Source: Bacteroidales bacterium (lineage in GTDB: Bacteria > Bacteroidota > Bacteroidia > Bacteroidales > JAIOZK01). From it: 64,000 nucleotides of DNA. Numbering within the stretch: the stretch's first letter is position 1; every line of letters starts with the position of its first letter. The notes below the pieces were generated by a model that was not told where the DNA came from, did no database searches, and worked only from the letters and a program-made list of their open reading frames with translations. This document shows, piece by piece, positions 45,965 through 55,608 of this stretch. The position numbers were made by a program, and so were the translations under genes. The DNA lies in assembly GCA_021740625.1 (NCBI GenBank), contig JAIOZK010000021.1:2289-66288 (forward strand). The letters run 5' to 3'.

Positions 45965-47449
45965 CTATTGCAGCACCTCCATCACATCAAATTCAATCCT
46001 TTCATCTTCCCTGAAATCATAAAGCGTCATTTTGCGCAAGTTGAAGTAGCTGTTCCAGTAGGTTTTTAGTGCCTGGTAATAGCCCTGTTTGGCATTGTCG
46101 TTATCGATCTGGGCCTGGTTTAATTCCAGCACATCGTTTACCTTGCCGATCATGTAACGCTTTTGGGTAACATCAAAGCGTTTCTGGGCAACGGTATCGG
46201 CTTTGGCGGAAATGTATAATTGTTTTTCCTGCATATTGAACTGCATTACCTTAAGAAAAATATTCTGCTCAAAGTCTATCCTTTCCTGTTCAATGGAGGT
46301 TTTTGTTAATTCCAAACTGGATTCGGCCATTTTGATCTGCCCGCGTGCCTGTCCCCAGTCAAGGATAGGGATACTCAATCCCAGCACAAGCTGTTGCTGA
46401 TCGCGCGGATTTTTATATACATTTTCAAATTTGTCCGCTGTTTGCGTTAGTCCGAAAACTGCATAGAGGTCGGCATCAAAACGTCCGGTCATTTTCGCTC
46501 TTGCTAGATTGCTCTCTGCTTCCAGCAGTCTTCTTTCAAAAGACAGGCCTTCCGATGTGTTGTTCTTTGCTTCAAAAACGGCTGTTTCAATATCCACATC
46601 AAAATGAAAGGTTTTCGTAGGTGGGATCAATGTTATGACGGCATTGTCTTTAATCCTCAGAAATGATTTCAGGACAAAGAGCATATTCTCGTAACTTAGC
46701 TGTGCATTGTCAACAGATGCTTCTGCTTTCAGTAAATTCAACTCGAGTTGCAAAAGCTCGTTTTCTGCTATCTTGCCAAGATTATAGCGCCCCTGGGCAA
46801 TATGATAAAGGGTATCGTAATTAGCATAATTCTTTTTTGCAATTTCCAGGGATATTTGTGCGATCAGCAGATCGAAGAAATGATTGGTTGCTGTGATGGC
46901 AATTTGTTCATGATCTTCTGCATATGTCCGCATGGCTTCTTCATACTTCATAGGCTCTATCTTTTTATCCCAGCGAAAATCATTGTACTGAAATATGGGC
47001 TGATTATAACCAATGTTTACTGGTGTGGATAGGTAGGATGTTGTGGTTGTATCGGGAAAAATGTTGTCATTTCGCTTGAGTCCCGAACGTAAAAATATTT
47101 CACCACCTGTCAGACCTATCTTCTGTCGTAAGGAGAGATCACTGGAGATTTCGGTGAATTTCCGTTCCCTGTATTCAATACTGCCATCCGGTTGTGTAAC
47201 AGCATCAATGGATCTGTTAAAGTTGGGGACTGTTCCATCCAGTGAAAGATTCGGAAGATATGTTGCCTTGTATGACCGCCATTCCCAGTAACTTCTCCTG
47301 AATTTATGCTTGGCAATCAGAGCATCGGGAGATTGTTCCTGGGCAATATAAATTACATCTTCCAGGGATAATCGATTAATCTTATCCTGGGCTTTGATCC
47401 CAGATAAAAGTGAAATGAGAAAAATGCTTAAAACTAATTTCTTCATCAT
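45965..47449 (-). CDS. TolC-family outer-membrane efflux protein
   Basis: A signal peptide is followed by two tandem helical-barrel repeats typical of the TolC/OprM family. It is the last gene of the efflux operon. Confidence 0.82.
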   Translation of the reverse strand: MMKKLVLSIFLISLLSGIKAQDKINRLSLEDVIYIAQEQSPDALIAKHKFRRSYWEWRSYKATYLPNLSLDGTVPNFNRSIDAVTQPDGSIEYRERKFTEISSDLSLRQKIGLTGGEIFLRSGLKRNDNIFPDTTTTSYLSTPVNIGYNQPIFQYNDFRWDKKIEPMKYEEAMRTYAEDHEQIAITATNHFFDLLIAQISLEIAKKNYANYDTLYHIAQGRYNLGKIAENELLQLELNLLKAEASVDNAQLSYENMLFVLKSFLRIKDNAVITLIPPTKTFHFDVDIETAVFEAKNNTSEGLSFERRLLEAESNLARAKMTGRFDADLYAVFGLTQTADKFENVYKNPRDQQQLVLGLSIPILDWGQARGQIKMAESSLELTKTSIEQERIDFEQNIFLKVMQFNMQEKQLYISAKADTVAQKRFDVTQKRYMIGKVNDVLELNQAQIDNDNAKQGYYQALKTYWNSYFNLRKMTLYDFREDERIEFDVMEVLQ

Positions 47450-47457
47450 ATTATAAA

Positions 47458-48843
47458 TTAATCATGGCGCAATGATTCCACCGGATCCTGTTCAGCAGCT
47501 TTTTTGGCAGGCATATAACCAAACAAAATTCCTACAAAAACCGAAACACCGAATGAAATGATTATTGAAATCGGGGAAACAATGGTCAAAATATCGGTTG
47601 CCCGCATGATGATCTTCGATAGGGCAAAGCCCAGCAAAATCCCGATGATCCCGCCGGTGATACTGATCAAAGTAGCTTCGGCCAAAAACTGAAAAACGAT
47701 ATCGCTTTTCCTGGCACCTGTGGCCATGCGTACACCAATCTCCCGTATTCTTTCCATTACAGAGGCCAGCATGATGTTCATGATCCCAATCCCGCCTACA
47801 ATCAATGAAATGCTGGCAATGGCTCCCAGTACGATATTAAAGACATCCTTGGTTCTTTGTTCCTGTTTGAGCAATAATTCCGGAACTTTTATCTCAAAAT
47901 CGGGAACATTCTGATGCCGGCGTGTCAGGATCTTTTTCAGAGCTTTTGTGGTGGCTGCTAAATCTTCGGTTTCGTCTACCTGTACTACGATCTTATCGAG
48001 TTGGTTGTAGTTATTTTCTTCATCTGATCCACCCGATGATGAAAAAGATGTTACCATTCCACCACGGATCGTAATGGAGCTGCCTCCACTCAGCAATGAC
48101 CTGCCTGTAATCAGGGCCCTGTCCTTGTAGCGAAGCAAAACTGTTTGCAGGGGGGCGTAAATATTCTGGTTTGAATTGGCGATACCCAGGTTGGAGTTGC
48201 TGTTATCGCTAACAAAACGGTCTTCGAGGATGCCGATGACTTTCAGCCAGATGTGCCCGCATTTGATGGTTTTGCCCAGGGGATCTTCATTCGGGAAAAA
48301 GCGGGCAGCTATGCTGGAACCGATCACGCAAACCGGACCTCCATTCTTAAGCTGGTATTCATCAAAAAGTTTTCCTTCTTCTACCTGCAGGTTGAAGACT
48401 TCAAAAAATTCATCGCTTACTCCATTGAGGGTAGCAGGACTTCTTTTACCATCTTTGATGATATACGTTTCATAAGTTACTTGCGGACTGATACGTGTAA
48501 CCGTAGGAATGATTTCCCGGATGGCCTGGGCATCCTTCAGACTAAGGCCGGGTGTGTATTTTTTGCTCATGCTTTGGCCTTCAGCCTCCCCGTTTTCCCC
48601 ATTTCCGTTTCCCTCATTCAGCATTACCGGTGTAATGATGATATTGTTCACACCCACCATCTTGATCTGGTTCAGTATCTCCTGGCGGGCACCATTGCCG
48701 ATGGCCATCATGGCGATCACCGCCGCAACTCCGAAGATGATACCCAGGGCAGTGAGTACAGAACGGAACTTATTGGCAAGTACCGCATCCAGAGCAATGC
48801 TTATGAGTTGAAGGTATCTTTCCAAGGTGATGTTTTTTTGCAA
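47458..48843 (-). CDS. MacB/FtsX-type ABC transporter permease (no ATPase domain)
   Basis: The N-terminal TM segment (FRSVLTALGIIFGVAAVIAM) is followed by a large periplasmic domain and a C-terminal FtsX 3-TM bundle with ERIREIGVRMATGARKSDI. Confidence 0.85.
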   Translation of the reverse strand: MQKNITLERYLQLISIALDAVLANKFRSVLTALGIIFGVAAVIAMMAIGNGARQEILNQIKMVGVNNIIITPVMLNEGNGNGENGEAEGQSMSKKYTPGLSLKDAQAIREIIPTVTRISPQVTYETYIIKDGKRSPATLNGVSDEFFEVFNLQVEEGKLFDEYQLKNGGPVCVIGSSIAARFFPNEDPLGKTIKCGHIWLKVIGILEDRFVSDNSNSNLGIANSNQNIYAPLQTVLLRYKDRALITGRSLLSGGSSITIRGGMVTSFSSSGGSDEENNYNQLDKIVVQVDETEDLAATTKALKKILTRRHQNVPDFEIKVPELLLKQEQRTKDVFNIVLGAIASISLIVGGIGIMNIMLASVMERIREIGVRMATGARKSDIVFQFLAEATLISITGGIIGILLGFALSKIIMRATDILTIVSPISIIISFGVSVFVGILFGYMPAKKAAEQDPVESLRHD

Positions 48844-48850
48844 TGAAACT

Positions 48851-50263
48851 TTATTTGTCTTTTTTACCTCTTTTGATTGAAACGCCTTTTTCTTTCATCA
48901 GTTTCTGAATATCCTCCTTACTCATGTTCTTGTCAAATTTAAAACCCCTTTTATTCTTAAAATCGGATGAATCAATCTGTGGAGCTTTTTGCTTCTCTTC
49001 CAGGCGCTTGAATTTATTAATGATTGCTGTATCCAGCAGAACAAGTTTCTTTTCTTCAGCATCTTCCGGGGCAACCAGGTAGATCTCTTCTCCCTTTTCC
49101 AGCCCTGCCTTTACAATGATCTCATTTTCATTGCTTTTCCCGGTGATGATCTGCTTACGTCCACGGGTGGTAAAAACATAGCTCATGCTGTCGTTGTTTT
49201 GCACACACTCGATGGGAATATAAAATACACTATCGATCACCGCTGTGATAATACGGTTTTTGGTAGTCATGGCCGGTTTCAGGATGGTATCAGATTCATG
49301 CACATCAATGATCACCTCATACACCTTGGCATTGGAGTTTTGCATTTGCTGTCCCATGGTGGCCACTTCTCTCACCACGCCGGTATAGTGTTTTTCGGGA
49401 AAGGCATCCACGCCGATTTCAACAGGCTGCCCGGCTTTTACCTTGCTGATGTCGATCTCATTGATGTAGGTTTTGGAGATCATGGCATCCAGGTTGGGCA
49501 AACGGGCTACCACCGGATCCCAGGTGCTTACCTGGTCGCCTACCGCAATCTTTTTCCCGTTCCAGTTGCGACGGTAATTCAGCATGCCCGACTTGGGTGC
49601 TGTAACAATGAATTCCTTTTTTGCTTCCCGCATATCGGCCAGTTGGTTTTTTACCTTCTTCATGTTGGTGGTAACTTCCTGCATGTCGGCCCGGGCTTTC
49701 TGTAACTTAAGCTGGTAATTTTCAACCGCTTGTTTATAAGCTCTTTTGGCTTTATCCAGGTCGATCTTTGCCTGGCGTTGTGTGGCCGGGGGTTCGTAAA
49801 TAGACTGATCCACCACGATCTGTCTTTCTTCCAGATTGTATTTGAGGTTGACCAGTTCATCCCGGGCTGCCCGGAGGGTCATGGCCGTGTCAAGTTGGGT
49901 TTTTAAAAACTGCGTTTCCAGGTTTTCCAGTTCCAGTTCTTCATCCTGGATCTTGTTTTCCAGTTCACTGTCGTCGAGCCGGGCCACATAATCACCTGAA
50001 TCCACCTTCGTACCATCATCGATGATGTCTTTTATGGTCACATTCCAAATCCTGTAATCGCGCAGGGAGGAGGGGCCTTTGATGTCTTCTGATGTTTTGG
50101 CATCCAGCTCACCGGTGGTAGTTACATCTATTTCGAAAGTTCCGGATTTTACCGCTACCAGGATGGTTTCTTTTTCAGTTCCCGATGAACCCGTGCTTAA
50201 CCAGATAATCAGCAGGATAATGATTCCCAGTCCGGATAAGACATACACATTTCTTTTTTTCAT
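48851..50263 (-). CDS. HlyD/MFP-family periplasmic adaptor subunit
   Basis: An N-terminal TM anchor is followed by lipoyl-like, coiled-coil hairpin and beta-barrel segments. The gene is adjacent to the permease and TolC genes. Confidence 0.82.
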   Translation of the reverse strand: MKKRNVYVLSGLGIIILLIIWLSTGSSGTEKETILVAVKSGTFEIDVTTTGELDAKTSEDIKGPSSLRDYRIWNVTIKDIIDDGTKVDSGDYVARLDDSELENKIQDEELELENLETQFLKTQLDTAMTLRAARDELVNLKYNLEERQIVVDQSIYEPPATQRQAKIDLDKAKRAYKQAVENYQLKLQKARADMQEVTTNMKKVKNQLADMREAKKEFIVTAPKSGMLNYRRNWNGKKIAVGDQVSTWDPVVARLPNLDAMISKTYINEIDISKVKAGQPVEIGVDAFPEKHYTGVVREVATMGQQMQNSNAKVYEVIIDVHESDTILKPAMTTKNRIITAVIDSVFYIPIECVQNNDSMSYVFTTRGRKQIITGKSNENEIIVKAGLEKGEEIYLVAPEDAEEKKLVLLDTAIINKFKRLEEKQKAPQIDSSDFKNKRGFKFDKNMSKEDIQKLMKEKGVSIKRGKKDK

Positions 50264-50272
50264 TTTATATCA

Positions 50273-51253
50273 TTAATCATGGTTTAACAGTTCTGTGATA
50301 ATATTATCGAGGCTGATACCTTCGGCTTCTGCTTTGTAGTTTCTGACGATCCTGTGGCGGAGAATGGGTTTTGCCACAGCTTTTACATCTTCTATGTCGG
50401 GAGAATATTTTCCCTGTATGGCTGCGTGGCATTTTGCCCCGATGATAAGGTATTGGGATGCACGTGGCCCGGCACCCCAGGTCAGGAATTTGTCTGACCA
50501 TTCATGGGCGTTATTGGTTCCCGGCCTGGTTTTACCGACCAGTGAAACAGCATATTGAAATACGTTATCGGGAACCGGTATTTTCCTGATCAGGCCCTGG
50601 AAATAAAGGATCTCATCAGCAGTGAGTACCACCTGCGGATCGCCTGCTTCTTCGGCTGTAGTGCTTTTTACCACATCGATCTCTTCGTCAAAAGAAGGGT
50701 AATCAAGCCAGATGTTGAACATGAATCTGTCGAGTTGAGCCTCGGGCAGGGGATAGGTGCCTTCCTGTTCGATGGGGTTTTGTGTGGCCAGTACAAAGAA
50801 AGGTTCGTTCAGTACATAGCGTTTGCCTGCAACTGTAATGGCCTTTTCCTGCATGGCTTCCAGCAATGCCGATTGCGTTTTCGGAGGTGTCCGGTTTATC
50901 TCATCCGCCAAAATAATATTGGCGAAAACAGGGCCTTTGATGAATTTGAAATTACGGCTCTGGTCCAGAATCTCCGTACCGATTATATCGGAAGGCATCA
51001 GGTCGGGCGTGAACTGTATACGGCTATAGCTTAATCCCAGTACTTTGGCAATGGTGTTTACCATAAGGGTTTTGGCCAGTCCGGGCACCCCTACCAGCAG
51101 AACATGCCCCTTGCTGAAAATGGAGATCAGGGTGTTTTTCAGCACTGCATCCTGCCCCACAATGATCTTGGCTATTTCCTTTCTGAGTTGATCATACTTT
51201 TCTACGAGTGCGTCAACTGCCTCTACGTCCGTTTTATATTGCGTCATATTCAA
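50273..51253 (-). CDS. MoxR-family AAA+ ATPase
   Basis: Walker A is LLVGVPGLAKT and Walker B is ILADEINR. The sensor region ATQNPIEQEGTYPLPEAQLDRF is present. Confidence 0.9.
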   Translation of the reverse strand: MNMTQYKTDVEAVDALVEKYDQLRKEIAKIIVGQDAVLKNTLISIFSKGHVLLVGVPGLAKTLMVNTIAKVLGLSYSRIQFTPDLMPSDIIGTEILDQSRNFKFIKGPVFANIILADEINRTPPKTQSALLEAMQEKAITVAGKRYVLNEPFFVLATQNPIEQEGTYPLPEAQLDRFMFNIWLDYPSFDEEIDVVKSTTAEEAGDPQVVLTADEILYFQGLIRKIPVPDNVFQYAVSLVGKTRPGTNNAHEWSDKFLTWGAGPRASQYLIIGAKCHAAIQGKYSPDIEDVKAVAKPILRHRIVRNYKAEAEGISLDNIITELLNHD

Positions 51254-51266
51254 TTCAGTTTATCAG

Positions 51267-52637
51267 TTATTCCAGATCGGCTTTGAACCAGTCGTAGGTG
51301 AATTTGCAATCCCAGAATTCTTCATCGATCCTGATATAGGCATCATATATTTTTTCCTTGATCCACCTGTCGATCTCATTTTGTTTTTTCCGGTTCAGGG
51401 CCCATTCCTGCAAGGCATTATAATCTTCCCGCATATTCGCCCGGTGCGGTTTGGTCCTGGTTTCAAGCCGGAGTATCCGGTATGCCTGCTTGCCTTCTTC
51501 GTTTTCATACAAAACCGGTTTTGATATTTCTCCAACTTCCAGTTTATCGATCACGAAAAACATCTGTGGATCCAGTTCTTCTGCGTCCCATTTGGTTGCA
51601 CCAGTGGCAGGATTGATGATCATGCCTGCATTGTTCTTATTGGGGTCGTCAGAATATTTTTGTACGGCACTTACAAAAGTGATAGAATCTTTTTCGATCA
51701 AATCAGCAATGCTGTCGAGATAATTCTTCGCATCCACCAGATCCTGCGGAGTAGGTTTTACCCGTAGCAAAATATGTCTTACATTTACATAGTCCCCTCT
51801 TCTTTCCAGCAATTCGATAATATGAAATCCGGCCTTGGTTTCAAGTATTTCAGATACTTCCCCTTTCTTTAATTTAAAGGCTACTGCTTCAAATTCGGGA
51901 TACAGCTCCCCGCGGCCATGAAAACCTAGCTCGCCACCTTTTTTCGCCGAGCCGGGATCTTCAGAATAGAGGATTGCCAGTGCTTTGAAACTTTCTCCGC
52001 TGATGATCCTTTCCCGGATGTTTTTTAGTTTTTCCTTGATGAGCAACTTTTGTTCAATACTCACCGGGGGGTATTTAACGATCTGTGCTACTTCAACCTG
52101 GGCATTTATGTAAGGTATGGAATCTTCGGGAAGTTTTCTGTAAAAGGAACGGACTTCAGAAGGTGTAATGCTGACATCGGTGGTGATATTCCGCTGCACC
52201 TCTTCTACCATCATTTGCTCCCGCACCAGCTCTCTCATCTCTTCTTTGATCTCCAGAATGCTTTTGTCATAAAATTCTTCAAGTTTTTCTTCGGATCCAA
52301 ACTGAGAAATGAAATACCGGAGCCGCTGGTCCATGGAGAGTTCCACCTCACTGTCCGAAACCTCAATGCTGTCGACCTCAGCCTGGTTCAACAATAGTTT
52401 CTGATAAAGGAAATCTTCCATCATGCTACATTTTACCGTGGTTTCACTGCCTTTGATGCCTTCTTGCATGCGGTACTGGAAATACTGTGCTTCGATCTCC
52501 GATTTCAGGATGATGTTGTTACCGACAATGGCAGAGATCTCATCAACGATCTCTTCCTGTGCAATGAGTGTTGAAAGGGTTCCGAGCATCAGAATAAATA
52601 TAGAAAAGTACCTGAAAATCCTTGTCATGTGTGTCAT
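51267..52637 (-). CDS. SurA-like peptidylprolyl isomerase (parvulin domain)
   Basis: A signal peptide and a SurA N-terminal-like region are followed by the parvulin core YSEDPGSAKKGGELGF....GFHIIEL. Confidence 0.8.
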   Translation of the reverse strand: MTHMTRIFRYFSIFILMLGTLSTLIAQEEIVDEISAIVGNNIILKSEIEAQYFQYRMQEGIKGSETTVKCSMMEDFLYQKLLLNQAEVDSIEVSDSEVELSMDQRLRYFISQFGSEEKLEEFYDKSILEIKEEMRELVREQMMVEEVQRNITTDVSITPSEVRSFYRKLPEDSIPYINAQVEVAQIVKYPPVSIEQKLLIKEKLKNIRERIISGESFKALAILYSEDPGSAKKGGELGFHGRGELYPEFEAVAFKLKKGEVSEILETKAGFHIIELLERRGDYVNVRHILLRVKPTPQDLVDAKNYLDSIADLIEKDSITFVSAVQKYSDDPNKNNAGMIINPATGATKWDAEELDPQMFFVIDKLEVGEISKPVLYENEEGKQAYRILRLETRTKPHRANMREDYNALQEWALNRKKQNEIDRWIKEKIYDAYIRIDEEFWDCKFTYDWFKADLE

Positions 52638-52718
52638 ACCTTGGGTAAAAACTTAATGATTTTAACTGATAAAACCTCTTATTATTGCGATCTGCTTTGG
52701 ATTTAACTTATGCGAGAC

Positions 52719-53558
52719 TCAATATATATCAATTTCATTTTTCTGAAGAGCGGCATTGAACATATCCTCCTCCATCTGTTTGATCAGACTGGTTTTTCTT
52801 TTGTTCAGAATCACTCTTTTGATATCATCTTTCACATAGTTCACAGGGGGTGACTCACCTTCGATCTTGAAATCCCTAATGCGTAAAAGATAAATAAAAG
52901 GGTCCTCCTTAATTTCCGAATACGATTTATTGCGGATGAAGTTTTCCTCATCCATGGTTTTAATGGGGATTTGCCTGCTTAATTCGGAGAAACTGATCCA
53001 GTTCTGGTTGTTCAGATAGCAATCCAGACCAAGGCTATCGCATAAGAAAAGAATTTGCTCCTGTGCTGCTTCTTCATCCGACTTCAGTAGATCGGTGATT
53101 TTCTCCTTAATCTCTGTTCCTTCATCGAGTATGATATAATTGCATATCAGGACATTTTCCCGCAATTCGAAATTATGTTGGTTCTCTTCGTAATATTCCT
53201 GTATTTGTCTTTCGCTAACAACGGTGTCGAGTTTTTGTTCCACCAGTAATTTTTCATACTGGTATATAATAAGGGAATTCCTGTAGGATTCAAGCTGCTG
53301 CTCAAAATCCATCTGTTCCTCTGTAAGATTCCGCTCGGCCTGATGGATCACAAGGTTTTGCCTGACCCAGTTGTTGATGAAATTTTTTGCCAGCATCAGG
53401 CTGTCTTTTGGGCTTGTTCCTGCAGGTATTAATTTTTCCAGTTCCGAGGAATACAAGTATTTTTCGTACACCCTGGCCATTACATCATCATCTTCATGTT
53501 TGTTGTTGTTGCATGAAGCACAGATCAGTATTATAAAAAGTATTGGGATATATCGCAT
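52719..53558 (-). CDS. Hypothetical lipoprotein in the chaperone/PPIase cluster
   Basis: The lipobox is LICASC. The protein is helical and Glu/Lys/Asn-rich and has no parvulin core. Confidence 0.5.
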   Translation of the reverse strand: MRYIPILFIILICASCNNNKHEDDDVMARVYEKYLYSSELEKLIPAGTSPKDSLMLAKNFINNWVRQNLVIHQAERNLTEEQMDFEQQLESYRNSLIIYQYEKLLVEQKLDTVVSERQIQEYYEENQHNFELRENVLICNYIILDEGTEIKEKITDLLKSDEEAAQEQILFLCDSLGLDCYLNNQNWISFSELSRQIPIKTMDEENFIRNKSYSEIKEDPFIYLLRIRDFKIEGESPPVNYVKDDIKRVILNKRKTSLIKQMEEDMFNAALQKNEIDIY

Positions 53559-53566
53559 CCAAAATA

Positions 53567-55570
53567 CTATTTAATGGAGGAGAGGACTTGTTCATTCACT
53601 TCGACATCATACATTTCCCTCAGGTTTTTGATCCATTGTTTTTCGAGAAAAGATTGATAATCGGCTGTGATAAGTCCCCTGGCCTCATCGAGTTTTTTGG
53701 GTTCGGGACCGACAATTTCGTGAATCATTACAAAGACGATCTTGTCACCTTCTTTCATCTGTTTGCTGATACCTTCCTTCCATTCAATTTTATCAACATA
53801 TTCATTTTCACCTTTGGCAAATTTCCCCGATTTCCATGTCAGTACTTTCACGGAATCGTTGCGGTAAACATCGGCAATATCAGCAGCTTTCACCCCCGCT
53901 TTGGCTTTTGTTATGATCTCTTCCAGTTTTGATGAATCGCTTACTTTGAATATACTTGCTTTTACGCGTTCGCCCCACATATAATCATCTTTGTGTTTTT
54001 GGTGGAACTCCTGCAATCCGCTTGTGTCTTTCACTGCTTTCGACCATACTTTTTGATCTGTGAGTTCAAAAAGCAGAATGCCATCGCGGTATTCTTTCAT
54101 GAGCGCACCGAATTCAGGGTATATCTCTTCAAGTCTTTGATCCAGGTAATCAATGACTTTTTCGTCAACGAATTCATGGTAGGACGTTTGAAAGATTACG
54201 TCCAGGTTGGTCTCACGATTTCGTTTTTGTTTTTTTTCCAGGTAACGGGCAAAATCGTACTGGGTATATTTTTCCTTACCAATCCTGAAAAGTTTCTTGT
54301 TTAGGCTGGCTGCCGTATCTGCGCTCCATTGCTTTTTCAGGTAGCTTGAATCCAGCATTGCCCTTAGATCATCCTGGTTTTTGGTATATTCTTTAAATTT
54401 ATAATCTCTTTTAACTTTGGTGATGACGGCTTCTTCGCTTTTGTGGGAACGGGCATCCCTTTGCAGCCTTTCTTTGAGCTCATCTTTCTCATCCTCAAAG
54501 CTCCCGGGTTTCTTTCGCTCGATCAGTTTTACGATATGCCAGCCATACTGGGTGAGCACCGGTTCAGAATAATCACCTGGTTCTTCCAGAACAGCCACAG
54601 CTTCTATGAACTCGGGAACCATTCTGTTTACACCGAAGGGAGGAAGCTGGCCACCTTTTTCTACGGATCCCCTGTCTTCAGAATATTGTCGTACAACTTC
54701 CTCGAAGCTTTCTCCACTTTCAAGCTCGTCGTAAGCTTTTTGAATATTTTCAAGGGCCTGGGCAGAATCTTCAGTACTGCTTTCGGGTGTCATTTTGATG
54801 TAGATGTGTGCCACGGTGGCATTGCCCATGGCCTCTTTTCTGTCTTCTACCTTCAGTATGTGATATCCGAATTTGGTCCTGACAACATCGGAAATTTCAC
54901 CTTCCTCTGTATTGTATGCAGCAGTTTCGAAAGGATATACCATATCGAAGACACTGAAATATCCCAGGTCGCCCCGGTTTCCTTTTCTGAATGGGCGTTG
55001 TCCTGGAATTTCTTCCATGTCACGGGCACTGGGGTCATCGGAATATTCAACGGCCAGGTCCCCAAAATCTTCTCCAGCCAGGGCGCGTTGCCTGATATCA
55101 GTAATTTTATTGTAGGCCTCAAGTGTGTCTGCCGGGGAGGCATTTTTATCCACCCTGATCAGGATATGACTGGCGCGGATATCTTCCGTTTTCCTTTCAT
55201 AGGCTTCCTCAAGCAGTCGCTGATTCACCTCTTCGTCTATAAAGTAGGGTTTTGTGAGCTGCTTGCGATAACCATTCAATTCATCGATGAATGACTGCAC
55301 GGTATCCAGGCCGAGGTCTTCGGCTTGTTTTACCTTGAGCTTGAAGTTGATGAAAAGGTCGAGGTATTCCTCCAGTGATTTTTTATCGATCACTTCTGTT
55401 TCAACATTGTTTTTCTGGTAGATTCTCATGAATTCCGCAACGCTGATCTTTTCATCTTCAATTTTCAGCAAGGTGCGCTCATCCTCCGAATAATCCTGGG
55501 CCATAGAAAAGCCCCCGAAAAGAAGTGAAATCAAACCGAGGATAAAAAAACTTTTGAATATTTTTTTCAT
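53567..55570 (-). CDS. PpiD/SurA-like peptidylprolyl isomerase with two parvulin-like domains
   Basis: A signal peptide or anchor is followed by ASHILIRV...YSDDPSA...GDLGYF...GYHILKV and a second VAHIYIK...YSEDRGSVEKGGQL...GWHIVKL. Confidence 0.8.
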   Translation of the reverse strand: MKKIFKSFFILGLISLLFGGFSMAQDYSEDERTLLKIEDEKISVAEFMRIYQKNNVETEVIDKKSLEEYLDLFINFKLKVKQAEDLGLDTVQSFIDELNGYRKQLTKPYFIDEEVNQRLLEEAYERKTEDIRASHILIRVDKNASPADTLEAYNKITDIRQRALAGEDFGDLAVEYSDDPSARDMEEIPGQRPFRKGNRGDLGYFSVFDMVYPFETAAYNTEEGEISDVVRTKFGYHILKVEDRKEAMGNATVAHIYIKMTPESSTEDSAQALENIQKAYDELESGESFEEVVRQYSEDRGSVEKGGQLPPFGVNRMVPEFIEAVAVLEEPGDYSEPVLTQYGWHIVKLIERKKPGSFEDEKDELKERLQRDARSHKSEEAVITKVKRDYKFKEYTKNQDDLRAMLDSSYLKKQWSADTAASLNKKLFRIGKEKYTQYDFARYLEKKQKRNRETNLDVIFQTSYHEFVDEKVIDYLDQRLEEIYPEFGALMKEYRDGILLFELTDQKVWSKAVKDTSGLQEFHQKHKDDYMWGERVKASIFKVSDSSKLEEIITKAKAGVKAADIADVYRNDSVKVLTWKSGKFAKGENEYVDKIEWKEGISKQMKEGDKIVFVMIHEIVGPEPKKLDEARGLITADYQSFLEKQWIKNLREMYDVEVNEQVLSSIK

Positions 55571-55608
55571 GCTATTCTAATTATTAATTGTTAATTATTA
55601 ATTATTAA

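Noticed and set aside
45809-46069. 86-aa + strand ORF spanning the heptamer repeat cluster
   Set aside because: It reads through repeat DNA (for example ECRIINNECRTKC) and runs into the antisense of the tolC 3' end. It is not credible as a gene.
48253-49705. + strand ORFs of 197 and 238 aa over the permease and adaptor genes
   Set aside because: They are antisense shadows of the MacB-type permease and HlyD adaptor genes, with no recognisable motifs.
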